A stretch of 64,000 nucleotides of DNA from Crenarchaeota archaeon 13_1_40CM_3_52_17 (GTDB taxonomy: Archaea > Thermoproteota > Bathyarchaeia > 40CM-2-53-6). The position numbers and the translations under genes are program-made. The stretch spans positions 2,435 through 66,434 of the forward strand of contig MNGN01000053.1 of assembly GCA_001918745.1 (NCBI GenBank), read 5' to 3'. Each line of letters starts with the position of its first letter. Positions within the stretch are counted from its first letter, which is position 1. Positions 54,580 through 63,061 of the stretch are shown here, in pieces. A model generated the notes under the pieces. The model was not told the DNA's origin, searched no databases, and was given only the letters and a program-made list of their open reading frames with translations.

Positions 54580-55770
54580 TTACCTAACCGGTGATACCAG
54601 CTGGGAGACGGCCCCAATTACTGCCCGAATACCACTTTCCGAACCCAAAGTTTCGCTCAGCCTCACTACACTCTCCTTGTTATCCCTCAGAGTTCTCGAG
54701 ATCGCTCCAGCTAGCTCTGCCGCATCTAGTCTAGATTGATCTAGCACAACCGCTACTCCTAGTTCCTCCGCCCGCTTCGCATTGTTCGCCTGTTCCGTGT
54801 GGTTCGGTGGAGGAATCAACACCAGAGGCTTCCCCTCTGATACCGCTTTCATGATTGTCTCATGTCCTGCCCGTGACACAATCACATCTGCGCGCTCGAA
54901 GGTCCTCCAGTATGACTGCTCAGTCATCCACTCGTGAACAACAAGATTTTCGACTCTCTTTCCACCACACGATCCGTTCGGATCGCCACAACTCAGAATC
55001 AGCTCGTAGTCACCGGGGAAACCCTTGAGGATCTCTGTCAGTTTGTTCACGAGATATTTCCGGTCGGTCGCGGGTCCACTAACACAAGCAAAGACCAAAG
55101 GCCGAGATCTACTAACATTTGCTGCGTCGTTCGTAGGTTTGAGCTTGGGTGGGGTTAGGGGCCCGACTAGCCGAACTTTTCTCCTGATTCCAGGCGGAAT
55201 CGCAAGATTGTATCTGGAAATTGTGTACGGTGCTTTGAGGTCGGGAACAATGATCAGATCGCTTACGCCCCACGCCAGCTCCAGCATTGCTGAGATATAC
55301 TTCCAGATGATCTTTCCCGCGAAAAGCACTGGTCTGTCAGCGAACCTGTGCTTTCTGTTATCCTTGGGCATCTGCACGGAGTATTGGTTGAGGATCAGGA
55401 TTCTCGGCTTTCGCATGACGAACGCGGCCACAAGGGTCGAGATCCTCGTGTCCGATATCACGACGTCGGGATTGAACGCAGAGATCTGCTGTACTTCTCC
55501 TATCAGTTGGCGTATGAAACCCCACAATCCGACTGTTACACCGTTCTGGCTCATCGTCATCTTCGGATCAATCGTCCCATCTTCCCTGGTTCGAAAAGAC
55601 AGGGGTATCGCGCTGAAGTAGGTGAGCCCGGAACGCTTCAGATAATCCAGGGCATCAAGGTATGACGAGAAGAGGACCTGGACGCCCTCGTTTGAGAACT
55701 CACGGGCAATCGCGTCGCACCGCGTGATATGGCCCAGGCCGAGCCCGCATGGCCCAATGTACAATCTCAA
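54580..55770 (-). CDS. GT-B fold glycosyltransferase (GT1/GT28, MurG/UDP-glycosyltransferase-like)
   Basis: 396 aa with an N-terminal GLGLGHITRC glycine loop and a C-terminal SRAGHETIMKAVSEGKPLVLIP nucleotide-sugar motif. Confidence 0.75.
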   Translation of the reverse strand: MRLYIGPCGLGLGHITRCDAIAREFSNEGVQVLFSSYLDALDYLKRSGLTYFSAIPLSFRTREDGTIDPKMTMSQNGVTVGLWGFIRQLIGEVQQISAFNPDVVISDTRISTLVAAFVMRKPRILILNQYSVQMPKDNRKHRFADRPVLFAGKIIWKYISAMLELAWGVSDLIIVPDLKAPYTISRYNLAIPPGIRRKVRLVGPLTPPKLKPTNDAANVSRSRPLVFACVSGPATDRKYLVNKLTEILKGFPGDYELILSCGDPNGSCGGKRVENLVVHEWMTEQSYWRTFERADVIVSRAGHETIMKAVSEGKPLVLIPPPNHTEQANNAKRAEELGVAVVLDQSRLDAAELAGAISRTLRDNKESVVRLSETLGSESGIRAVIGAVSQLVSPVR

Positions 55771-56402
55771 CCCCTAGATCCTGCCACTCTTAGTTTCCTT
55801 TCGAATACGCGCCCTCTAGGTCCTTCCTCTGAAAAGATCTGCCCTTGAAACCGAGCAACCCTCACGTCACGAGTCAGCCAAGCATCCGGCATTAGCCCTG
55901 CCTTCAAACAACACTGGTTTAGAAATTCCTCCGGATCGAAGCCCTCGTCCACCGCGACTTGGGGCAAGAGTAGCCCTCTGGATCCAAGCCCATCTACAAA
56001 TAGACCGTCCCGTCCAATCTCGATGTTCAAGGGTAGATCCAGCGGACTCTCTACTACGATATGTTCGAGAGGCGAGAGCACTGTCACTTCCACTGTAATC
56101 CTCTGTTGGAACTCGGCAAGTCGCACGGGGTCAAATCTCGGATCCGTTGTGGCCGCTTCCACCGCGCAACGCGCTGTCTCGGAAAGCAAAGACGCCTTCG
56201 GGAACGGGTTGCCAATGCACCCTCGCATCCCTCGGCTCGTCATTTCGTCAAGTAATGTAACGAACACTCCTCTCGCGACGCTTACCACTATGCCTTCCCC
56301 GGAGGTTGGGTCGGTGTTTCTCCCTCCGAGATGATCAGCGATTGCTTGACGCGCTGTCGCCACGAGTTTCGTTCCGTCCTCCGTCGACAATGCTTCCATC
56401 AT
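55767..56402 (-). CDS. AMMECR1 domain protein
   Basis: RGCIGNPFP, DPRF and LLPQV motifs. I place the start at ATG 56402 (ATGA overlap with the Mut7-C stop) rather than the tracked 56510, which adds 36 residues inside the upstream gene. Confidence 0.85.
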   Translation of the reverse strand: MMEALSTEDGTKLVATARQAIADHLGGRNTDPTSGEGIVVSVARGVFVTLLDEMTSRGMRGCIGNPFPKASLLSETARCAVEAATTDPRFDPVRLAEFQQRITVEVTVLSPLEHIVVESPLDLPLNIEIGRDGLFVDGLGSRGLLLPQVAVDEGFDPEEFLNQCCLKAGLMPDAWLTRDVRVARFQGQIFSEEGPRGRVFERKLRVAGSRG

Positions 56403-56884
56403 TGTTTCAACCTTGCGAGCCTTGTTGCCTCTTCTAGGGTTCGACGTATGTTTTTCCAGTGGCTGCCGACCCAGTACACTTTTCCACAATTCTGGTTGCT
56501 GCATTTCCAAAATTGGTTGTATAGTTTGAGGCTTTCTTTGGGGACCTCGCCGGCTAGGTCACTCCTTGACTTTTGCATTAGACTGGATCCGCACTCTGGA
56601 CATCTAGTTTCTTCCACGTTAGTCTCCAGGCGCACTCCGAAAGTGCTGGACATCTGGGCCAATCTCTCTTCCTCCGTTTCACCCACCACGAGAGCCGACA
56701 CTATCTTCTTCGCCACAGCCCGCTGGTACAGTTCTTCGTCTCTCGTTAGTAGGACCATGTTCTCCTCGCCAGCGATTGTTAGAAGGTCGTTGTCTTTCCC
56801 GCTCGCATCGTATCTTACTTCGTATCCTAGTATCCGCAACCACCTTGCCAGTCCGCCTAGCATTCCGTCAACAAGAAATCTCAT
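56399..56884 (-). CDS. Mut7-C RNase domain (DUF82) protein with a C-terminal zinc ribbon
   Basis: 161 aa with MRFLVDGMLGGLARWLRILGYEV and CPECGSSL...CSNQNCGKVYWVGSHW. Confidence 0.8.
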   Translation of the reverse strand: MRFLVDGMLGGLARWLRILGYEVRYDASGKDNDLLTIAGEENMVLLTRDEELYQRAVAKKIVSALVVGETEEERLAQMSSTFGVRLETNVEETRCPECGSSLMQKSRSDLAGEVPKESLKLYNQFWKCSNQNCGKVYWVGSHWKNIRRTLEEATRLARLKQ

Positions 56885-58239
56885 TCATGCACTTCGGCTT
56901 TCAGAACTCTTCCGGCGCCAGGCTTTCCTAGGATCTCTCCCTCGCGGTAGACAACCGACCCATTCACGATGGTGGTGTGAACTGCGCCTTGCGTCTTCCA
57001 GCCCTCAAAGGGAGAGTAGTGAGCCCTCGAAAAGAACTTCGCGGGATCAATCACTCCTCTTTTTTTCGGATCGACCAGGACAAGGTCGCCATCGGCTCCC
57101 GTCTCAAGTCTTCCCTTCGATCGAAGATGAAAGATCTTCGCGGGATTGGTCGAGAGGAGCGAGACTAATCGTCCGAGGGACAGCTTTCCTTTATTGACCA
57201 TGGTCAACATCAAAGGTAAAGCGGTCTCGAGGCCTGGTATTCCGGGTGAGCTCTTTCGAGGCGGTCGCGCTTTTTCCCTGATCGTGTGGGGGGCATGATC
57301 AGTAGCCATGATCGTTGGGATGCCCATCTTCATCGCTTGAAACAACTGGCGAGTATCCTTGGGTGATCTTAGAGGCGGCACCATCCACGCCTTCCAGCGG
57401 AGCATCTTCACACGATCCTCGGAGAGTAGAGTGTGATGAGGGGTGACCTCAGAAGACAAACTGCTTGAAGATCGACTCGAAATCGCGGACAAGGTAGACC
57501 TAAGACTAACGTGGCAGAAATGGACGCGACAGCCAATCCGTCTCTGCAATCTTAGGATCCGTCTCACAGCACTCGTTTCCGCGCTTCCGCGACGTAGTCG
57601 GACAAGTTCTGCGAAGGTCTCGATCTCTCTAGTCCTTGGAAGTTTGGTCAGGTCCTCCGCATGTACGGTTAGGAGAAGAGGAGCTCGCTTCGCAGCGCTC
57701 AAGACCCGAACCACCACTTTGTCATCGTCGACGTCCAGGGGGGCGATGGGATTGGGCAGGTAGAGTTTCATCGAGAGAGCTCCAGCTGCTTTCATAGCGC
57801 TCACTTCATCATAATCGTCGAGCGCAGCCGCGTGGAATCCTACATTAACTAGAATTTTTCTCGAAGCTCGCCTCGCTCTTTCTACGAGACGCTCGGCTGA
57901 GTCGGTTGGCGGAAGAGAATTCGGCATATCTATGACTGAGGTGAACCCGCCTGCGGCAGCGGCTGCTGTTCCGGTTGTGAAGTCTTCTTTGTAGGAGAGC
58001 TTCATGTCGCGTAGGTGGACATGACCGTCAATTAGACCTGGGATTACTAGTAGTCGCCGGGCTGGAATCTCTTCGTCAGCTCGTTCTGCAATCTTTCGCG
58101 CTATCCTCTGAATCCTGCCATGCTCAATGAGGACTGAGCCTCTAGTGATGTCGTTCTTGGTCCAGATGTGAGCGTCTCGAATCAGTAGGCTGGGCAGACC
58201 TGATGTCTCTTTGCTTTCAGGGCTCTTCAGGTTGTTCAA
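56881..58239 (-). CDS. pyrC: Dihydroorotase (cyclic amidohydrolase family)
   Basis: PGLIDGHVHLRD, HAED and ATDHAPH motifs. The tracked start at 58329 overlaps the upstream CBS gene by 113 nt. TTG at 58239 (23 nt overlap) is the nearest canonical alternative. Confidence 0.82.
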   Translation of the reverse strand: MNNLKSPESKETSGLPSLLIRDAHIWTKNDITRGSVLIEHGRIQRIARKIAERADEEIPARRLLVIPGLIDGHVHLRDMKLSYKEDFTTGTAAAAAGGFTSVIDMPNSLPPTDSAERLVERARRASRKILVNVGFHAAALDDYDEVSAMKAAGALSMKLYLPNPIAPLDVDDDKVVVRVLSAAKRAPLLLTVHAEDLTKLPRTREIETFAELVRLRRGSAETSAVRRILRLQRRIGCRVHFCHVSLRSTLSAISSRSSSSLSSEVTPHHTLLSEDRVKMLRWKAWMVPPLRSPKDTRQLFQAMKMGIPTIMATDHAPHTIREKARPPRKSSPGIPGLETALPLMLTMVNKGKLSLGRLVSLLSTNPAKIFHLRSKGRLETGADGDLVLVDPKKRGVIDPAKFFSRAHYSPFEGWKTQGAVHTTIVNGSVVYREGEILGKPGAGRVLKAEVHE

Positions 58240-58792
58240 GATCCCTAGAGCAATCTGAGCAAAGGAACGTGCCGTCTTTCTGGACGAGGTTGTCCGACCA
58301 CGTTTCGCATTCATCGCAGTATCCTCCAAGTGTGGGTCGTGTCCGCGGGCTCTCTAGTCCAGCTCGACTCTTTTCGGAGGCTAGATCGATTATGGCCGGC
58401 GTTACTTGAAGGATGTCTTTCATGGTCACGATTCCCACTAGTTTTCCTTCATCCATTACCGCGAGTCGCCGAATCTTTCGGTGGTTCATGATTTTTGCGG
58501 CTTCGTTGACGGTAGCTCTTGGGCTGATGGTCGCCACCGGCTTCGACATTGTCTGACCAACCTTCAGTTCGGAAGGGAGAACGTTTCTCGCAGCCACTCT
58601 CTGGACAATGTCTCTCTCCGTGATTATTCCTGCCGGGTTTCCGGCCTTGTCGACGATGATTACGCAACCGATGTCATGTTTGCCCATAAGTTTCGACACT
58701 CCGGCAACAGTCTCGTTCTCCTTGGCCGTGATCGGGGGCCGTGACATTATGTCACGCACAAGAATGTCTGGCTCCGTCTCATGAACAGACAA
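58217..58792 (-). CDS. Tandem CBS-domain protein with a C-terminal zinc ribbon
   Basis: 191 aa with two CBS repeats (DIMSRPPITA..., GIITERDI; RRLAVMDEGKLVGIVT) and CDECETW...CSDC. A TTTTATAG TATA-like box and GGGAGGG lie between the tnpB stop and this start. Confidence 0.85.
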   Translation of the reverse strand: MSVHETEPDILVRDIMSRPPITAKENETVAGVSKLMGKHDIGCVIIVDKAGNPAGIITERDIVQRVAARNVLPSELKVGQTMSKPVATISPRATVNEAAKIMNHRKIRRLAVMDEGKLVGIVTMKDILQVTPAIIDLASEKSRAGLESPRTRPTLGGYCDECETWSDNLVQKDGTFLCSDCSRDLEQPEEP

Positions 58793-58827
58793 TGCAAGAC
58801 CAGCCCTCCCTCGCCTCTATAAAATCT

Positions 58828-60034
58828 TCATGGGTTCTGCTGAGTCTTCGTCGAGTCGATTGTGGTATTTGCTTGTTGACTCAGCTTGCCTCCATCGACT
58901 TTGAGGATTAGGGTCGCGTTCTCCGGTTCCCGTTTCTCTAGCATCGCTTCACCTGGGGGCCTGTTGGGGCTGAACCTCAGCCCTCCCGCAGCTATATTCC
59001 TAGCCGCGTTCTCGTCCCTGTCTAGGATAGCACCACAGTGTGGACACCATAGTTGTCGCTGGGTGCTCTCTAGGGTCTTGTACCCGCATATTGAGCACCG
59101 CTTGGAAGTGTTCCTAGCAGAGACATGGACTATCTTCACACCTTCCCATCGTGCCTTGTATTCTATCTGTCGTTGCAGCTCTCCATAGCTCCAGCTGTTC
59201 ATTCTCGCCTGATAGTTTCCGCTCTGCCCATTATGCTTACGATAGAGTCTTCTAATCCCAGTTAGTTTCTCCATGACTATTCCATATCGTCTGGTCTTGG
59301 CCTCGTCAACTATTCTCTTGGATACGTTGTGGAGCATTGATTGAACACGGTTGCGCTGTCTCTCTCCATACTTGGAGAAGATTCGAGTTCTCATTCTAGT
59401 ATCGTTTCTCTTGAACCGGCTGTTGACAAACCGGTAGATCGATTTGATCCTGGTCGCTTTTGACAGGTCGAATGTTTTTGACCGTCCCGTCGGTTGTTGC
59501 GGCTGTCACATTGTCCAGGTTACGGTCAACACCAACGTATCCTTCCGGCTTGAGCTCAACTATCTCCTTCGAGTAGGATATGCTTAGCGAGTCGGTGGTC
59601 AGCGTGACCGAGTGAACATTGAGCCCAGAGAGGGTGCGTTGAGTGTGATTGTTGAGCTTGAGATGGACGTATTGTCTTGGTTTGACCGGAAGTCGGAGAA
59701 GATCGCCCTCTATCATGAACCCGTAGCATGTTTTCAGCATCAGCTTCTTAGCATATGGGCTAGCTGTTTGAGGATTCCTTTTCTTGGCCTTTTGATGGTT
59801 ATGGAGTATCCCTGTGGCCGTGCTGATCGCGCAGAGCCTATAGTAACTGAGGGTGTCACGATTGAGACGATGATACGATTTCAACGAGAGAGTCTTGAGA
59901 CTGGAAACATTCTCTTCCACTCCGATCGCGATGCAGACGTTCACCATACGTCTGAACTCATCCAAGAGCCGCAGGAGATCGGGCGATGCTTGATTTCTGT
60001 GTCTGACCGCTTTCACCGCTAGCACCTCGACCAC
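58828..60034 (-). pseudogene. tnpB: TnpB (IS200/IS605-family OrfB, RuvC-like nuclease) split by a 1 nt frameshift
   Basis: Tracked ORFs 59396..60034 (N-terminal part with GVDRNL RuvC-I) and 58828..59394 (IVMEKLTG, CSICG...CPHCG, DRDENAARNI) are one gene. Hand translation shows the downstream frame already open from about 59480 (TFDLSKATRIKSIYRFVNSRFKRNDTRMRTR...). The frames join at a T5 run at 59475-59479 (A5 on the coding strand). Confidence 0.85.
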
Positions 60035-60116
60035 GCCAGGATAATTGAATGTGGTTTCTAGTCAAACATTGCATAGAGGATGGCGAACTTAACTGGAGCC
60101 AGTTGTCATCCGGAGA

Positions 60117-60144
60117 GATTGAGAGTGAACTAGCACTCTCAATC
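60117..60144. repeat. Perfect 10-11 bp inverted repeat (ATTGAGAGTG aactag CACTCTCAAT) upstream of tnpB, candidate IS left-end hairpin
   Basis: Seen directly, about 85 nt upstream of the tnpB GTG start. IS200/IS605 ends carry subterminal hairpins. Confidence 0.4.
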
Positions 60145-60195
60145 CGACGAAGAGTTAGCAGAGCGCGAGCCTAGCAAACATTATCTGCGGCGCGG

Positions 60196-60579
60196 TTGAG
60201 TTGTGCTCGATCGTTGTTGGCGGCGGCTCCGGGGTCACATCTGACTCTTGAACCCTCTGAGCCTCAGAAAACCCGCTCGATCTCACCTCCTACACTCGTG
60301 TACTGGACGCGTCTCGGGCTTGCCGTCTTGGCGGGAGTGCTGTACAACGCATTGGGTCTTAGTGGACCGAGCCTTTTGGAGGGGACGGCCTCTGCAATTA
60401 GTATGGGAATCGGAATCTATGCGATCTCTGTTTTCCTGGTCAAATACGTTTTCCGATATGGCCCGCCAGAATTGAAAGGGCCCAACAAGCACATCACCCT
60501 GGGAATTGGCAGCTATATTATCTGGTTCCTCTTCACGACGATTCTGTTGAACACGATCATTCACCCTGGTCCGTACTAG
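60196..60579 (+). CDS. Hypothetical membrane protein (3 TM)
   Basis: 127 aa with three hydrophobic helices after a Pro/Ser-rich N-terminus. The true start may be downstream. Confidence 0.4.
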   Translation: MSCARSLLAAAPGSHLTLEPSEPQKTRSISPPTLVYWTRLGLAVLAGVLYNALGLSGPSLLEGTASAISMGIGIYAISVFLVKYVFRYGPPELKGPNKHITLGIGSYIIWFLFTTILLNTIIHPGPY

Positions 60580-60979
60580 TTGTCGATTGGTCAAGGGTAG
60601 CTTGCTGGGGTGGAGCAGCCAGCGTAGGGAGTTGCTGGTTTTTCATGTCGGCTAGCAATGTGAAGTAGTCGTCTAGAGCTTTGAAGTACCCTCGATCGTA
60701 TTCGCCGTGCAGTTCGTTGGCGGCGAATTCAGAGAATTCTTTCTTGAGATTGTTGATAGCGTCTTCTGTTCTGTTGGCTAGGATTTTTGGTAGGAAGATG
60801 TACTTGTCATCGTTGTTGCGGTATGTGAGCATCAATCCTTCAAGGGCTTTGACGTATCCTCTTGACCATTGGGTGTTGTCCGATTTCTGTCGTATTACGT
60901 CGAGCTCTTTCTCTGCGTCGGTCCAGGCTCTTGCTTCTACGTGTTCGAGAAACTTGTTCACTGGGAGTTGCGGAATCAT
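60557..60979 (-). CDS. Hypothetical protein downstream of radA
   Basis: The tracked ORF starts at 61030, overlapping radA by 38 nt. An internal ATG at 60979 (MIPQLPVNKF...) avoids the overlap. No motif recognised. Confidence 0.45.
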   Translation of the reverse strand: MIPQLPVNKFLEHVEARAWTDAEKELDVIRQKSDNTQWSRGYVKALEGLMLTYRNNDDKYIFLPKILANRTEDAINNLKKEFSEFAANELHGEYDRGYFKALDDYFTLLADMKNQQLPTLAAPPQQATLDQSTTSTDQGE

Positions 60980-60992
60980 TTTCGGCCCTCGA

Positions 60993-61982
60993 TTATCGAC
61001 GTCGTTTGGTCTCGTCTTCTTCTGAGACATCGACTATTCCTCCTTCTGTGACTTTGAAGATTCTTTCGCCCTCAGGCAGGTATGGGCTTGAGACAAGCCG
61101 TGCTATCCGTATGGGGCCGGTGGCAGCTCTGCGGAGGAATACTCTTGTGTGGCTTGTATGGGCTACGATGTGTCCGCCTACAGCGTCTACGGAGTTGGCG
61201 AAGAACTGGTCGGGTTTCGACATAACTTGGTTGGTGACTACGGCGACAGCGTTGAACCCGCGCGCGAGCCGGATAAGACGGTGCATGTGGTTGTTGAGAC
61301 GTTGTTGTCTCTCCGCGAGCATTTCTCTGCCGATGTATTCGCTTCTGAAGTGGGATGTTAGCGAGTCGATGATGATGAGGCGGATGTTGTTGTCTTTGAT
61401 GATTTGGTCTGCTTTCTCCAGGAGTAGTATCTGGTGGTCGGAGTTGTAAGCTTCTGAATAGATGATCTTCTGGGCCACGTCTGTGGCCTCCAGCCCTGCT
61501 GTATTTGCCATTCGCACGATCCATTCTGGACGGAATGTTTGTTCCGTGTCAAGGTACAGGGCTCCTCCATCCAGGCCACCTTTGTCAACTGGTAGTTGGA
61601 CGTTGATCGCTAGCTGGTGGCAGAGGATGGACTTGCCAACGCCATATTCCCCATAGAATTCTGTGATGGTCTGCGACTCGAGTCCACCGCCAATCAATCC
61701 GTCGACCGCTTTGCTCCCGGTTGTAAGGCGGCGCACGTTCGCTTTCATCTTCATGAGTTCGTCGGCTCTGACGAAGGAGAGCGAGATGCTGTCTCTGGCT
61801 TCTGCGATGATTTTTGCGGCTTGTTTCTCTCCTATTCCAGCGGGAACAAGTTCTCTCACTGTGGCTGTTGCTAAGCTCTCGATTGTGTGAAAGCCAAGTT
61901 CTTTCAGTTTCTCTACTGTTGATGGTCCGACGCCCGGTAGGTCTTCTACAACCTCGTATTTCCGGACGGCTTCCTGAGTCAT
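60993..61982 (-). CDS. radA: DNA repair and recombination protein RadA
   Basis: 329 aa with an N-terminal HhH (LPGVGPSTVEKLKELGF), Walker A GEYGVGKS, Walker B LIIIDS and a typical RadA C-terminus. Confidence 0.95.
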   Translation of the reverse strand: MTQEAVRKYEVVEDLPGVGPSTVEKLKELGFHTIESLATATVRELVPAGIGEKQAAKIIAEARDSISLSFVRADELMKMKANVRRLTTGSKAVDGLIGGGLESQTITEFYGEYGVGKSILCHQLAINVQLPVDKGGLDGGALYLDTEQTFRPEWIVRMANTAGLEATDVAQKIIYSEAYNSDHQILLLEKADQIIKDNNIRLIIIDSLTSHFRSEYIGREMLAERQQRLNNHMHRLIRLARGFNAVAVVTNQVMSKPDQFFANSVDAVGGHIVAHTSHTRVFLRRAATGPIRIARLVSSPYLPEGERIFKVTEGGIVDVSEEDETKRRR

Positions 61983-62140
61983 TACAGTCTCACTCGATTA
62001 GTATGATATTGGAATCTGGTTCGAGATTATTTAAACTGCAAATTGGGAGCGGGTCTGATTTAGAGCTGAGACTGTTCCGAACCTAATGATGATCGGAGAG
62101 TCTAATGTACTTCCATTCCGGTTTCGCAGGTTAGGTTCTG

Positions 62141-62700
62141 TCAAGTCTTCAGTCGCTCAGTCGGAGCTTTTTCGAAGCTTGACTGGCCGTCATCGACTCC
62201 AGGGATTGCCATAGTCATTGGGTTCCCCTTCACTACTTCGTTTGACGGTCCCTTCAGGCCGAACCCCAGCCCTGCGGATAATATGTTCCGTGCAGCATTC
62301 ACGTCCCTATCAATAACAAGGCTGCACGTGGAGCATCGTAGCGTTCTGCTCTCCTTGGAGAACACCATTTGGTCTCCGCATGCCGAGCACTTGCTACTTG
62401 TTCCCTTCGGATTCACATGAAATACCGGGAGTCCATTCCAGGAGGCCTTGTAGGATAATTGCTTGTCTAGCTCATGATAACTCCAAGAGTTCAATTGGGC
62501 ACGATAGTATCTGGTCTGGCCGTTGCCCCTCCGGTAGAGGCGCCGTATCCCTGTAATCCTTTCCACAACGATCCCGCGGAATGCTTGCCATTGCTAATGA
62601 GTGGGACTGTCTGAGAAAGTGAGGACTCTCCAGCAACCGAGGAGTTGACAGAACGGGTTACAACACCCTTAATGTGAGTTTTGTTGGTTGTGCTGTTGCG
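62141..62700 (-). pseudogene. tnpB: 5'-truncated, frameshifted TnpB relic (C-terminal RuvC-II/Zn-finger/RuvC-III part)
   Basis: Tracked ORF 62141..62566 has IVVERITG, CSACG...CSTC and DRDVNAARNI. An upstream remnant (LSQTVPLISNGKHSAG) is in another frame (tracked ORF 62491..62751). The N-terminal 200 or so residues, including RuvC-I, are absent. Upper boundary approximate. Confidence 0.75.
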
Positions 62701-62710
62701 TTGAGGATTA

Positions 62711-63061
62711 TTGGGGGTTGAGGGAGAGGAGGCCCAACCCAGGAAGAGCAATAGCAGGAGGTACGTAGAAAATTTGTTGGGCTGGCCTAGCGAGGAGTCT
62801 ACAGGGGTCGGGGTCTACGAGACCGCTCTCCTTACCTCTCTGCTCGAGTACTTCATCGTGCTCTTCTTTGGTACATGGTTGATCGTGGAGTACTTTTACA
62901 ATGTATACGAGCAGCAGTACTTCGGCTCGTTTAATCCAGTCTTCCTGGTCGGTGTACTGATGGCCGCTTCAGCCTACGGATTCATGAGACTGGTTTCCAG
63001 TGTTAGGACTGGTTTGAGGCCAACTAGGCTGAAGAGAAAGAAGGTTGAGGATGATTATTGA
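62711..63061 (+). CDS. 2-TM membrane protein, paralog family member
   Basis: 116 aa. TWLIVEYFYNVYEQQYF...LVGVLMAASAYGFMRL resembles the N-termini of the ORFs at 63061 and 39443. Confidence 0.5.
   Translation: MGVEGEEAQPRKSNSRRYVENLLGWPSEESTGVGVYETALLTSLLEYFIVLFFGTWLIVEYFYNVYEQQYFGSFNPVFLVGVLMAASAYGFMRLVSSVRTGLRPTRLKRKKVEDDY

Noticed and set aside
56331-57197. Long ORFs antisense to strong genes (56331..57197, 11279..12040, 24738..25325, 27082..27738, 21758..22354, 55025..55621, 5548..6063, 33917..34537)
   Set aside because: Each lies fully inside a confidently identified gene on the opposite strand and translates to low-complexity Ser/Arg/Pro-rich sequence. These are typical shadow ORFs.
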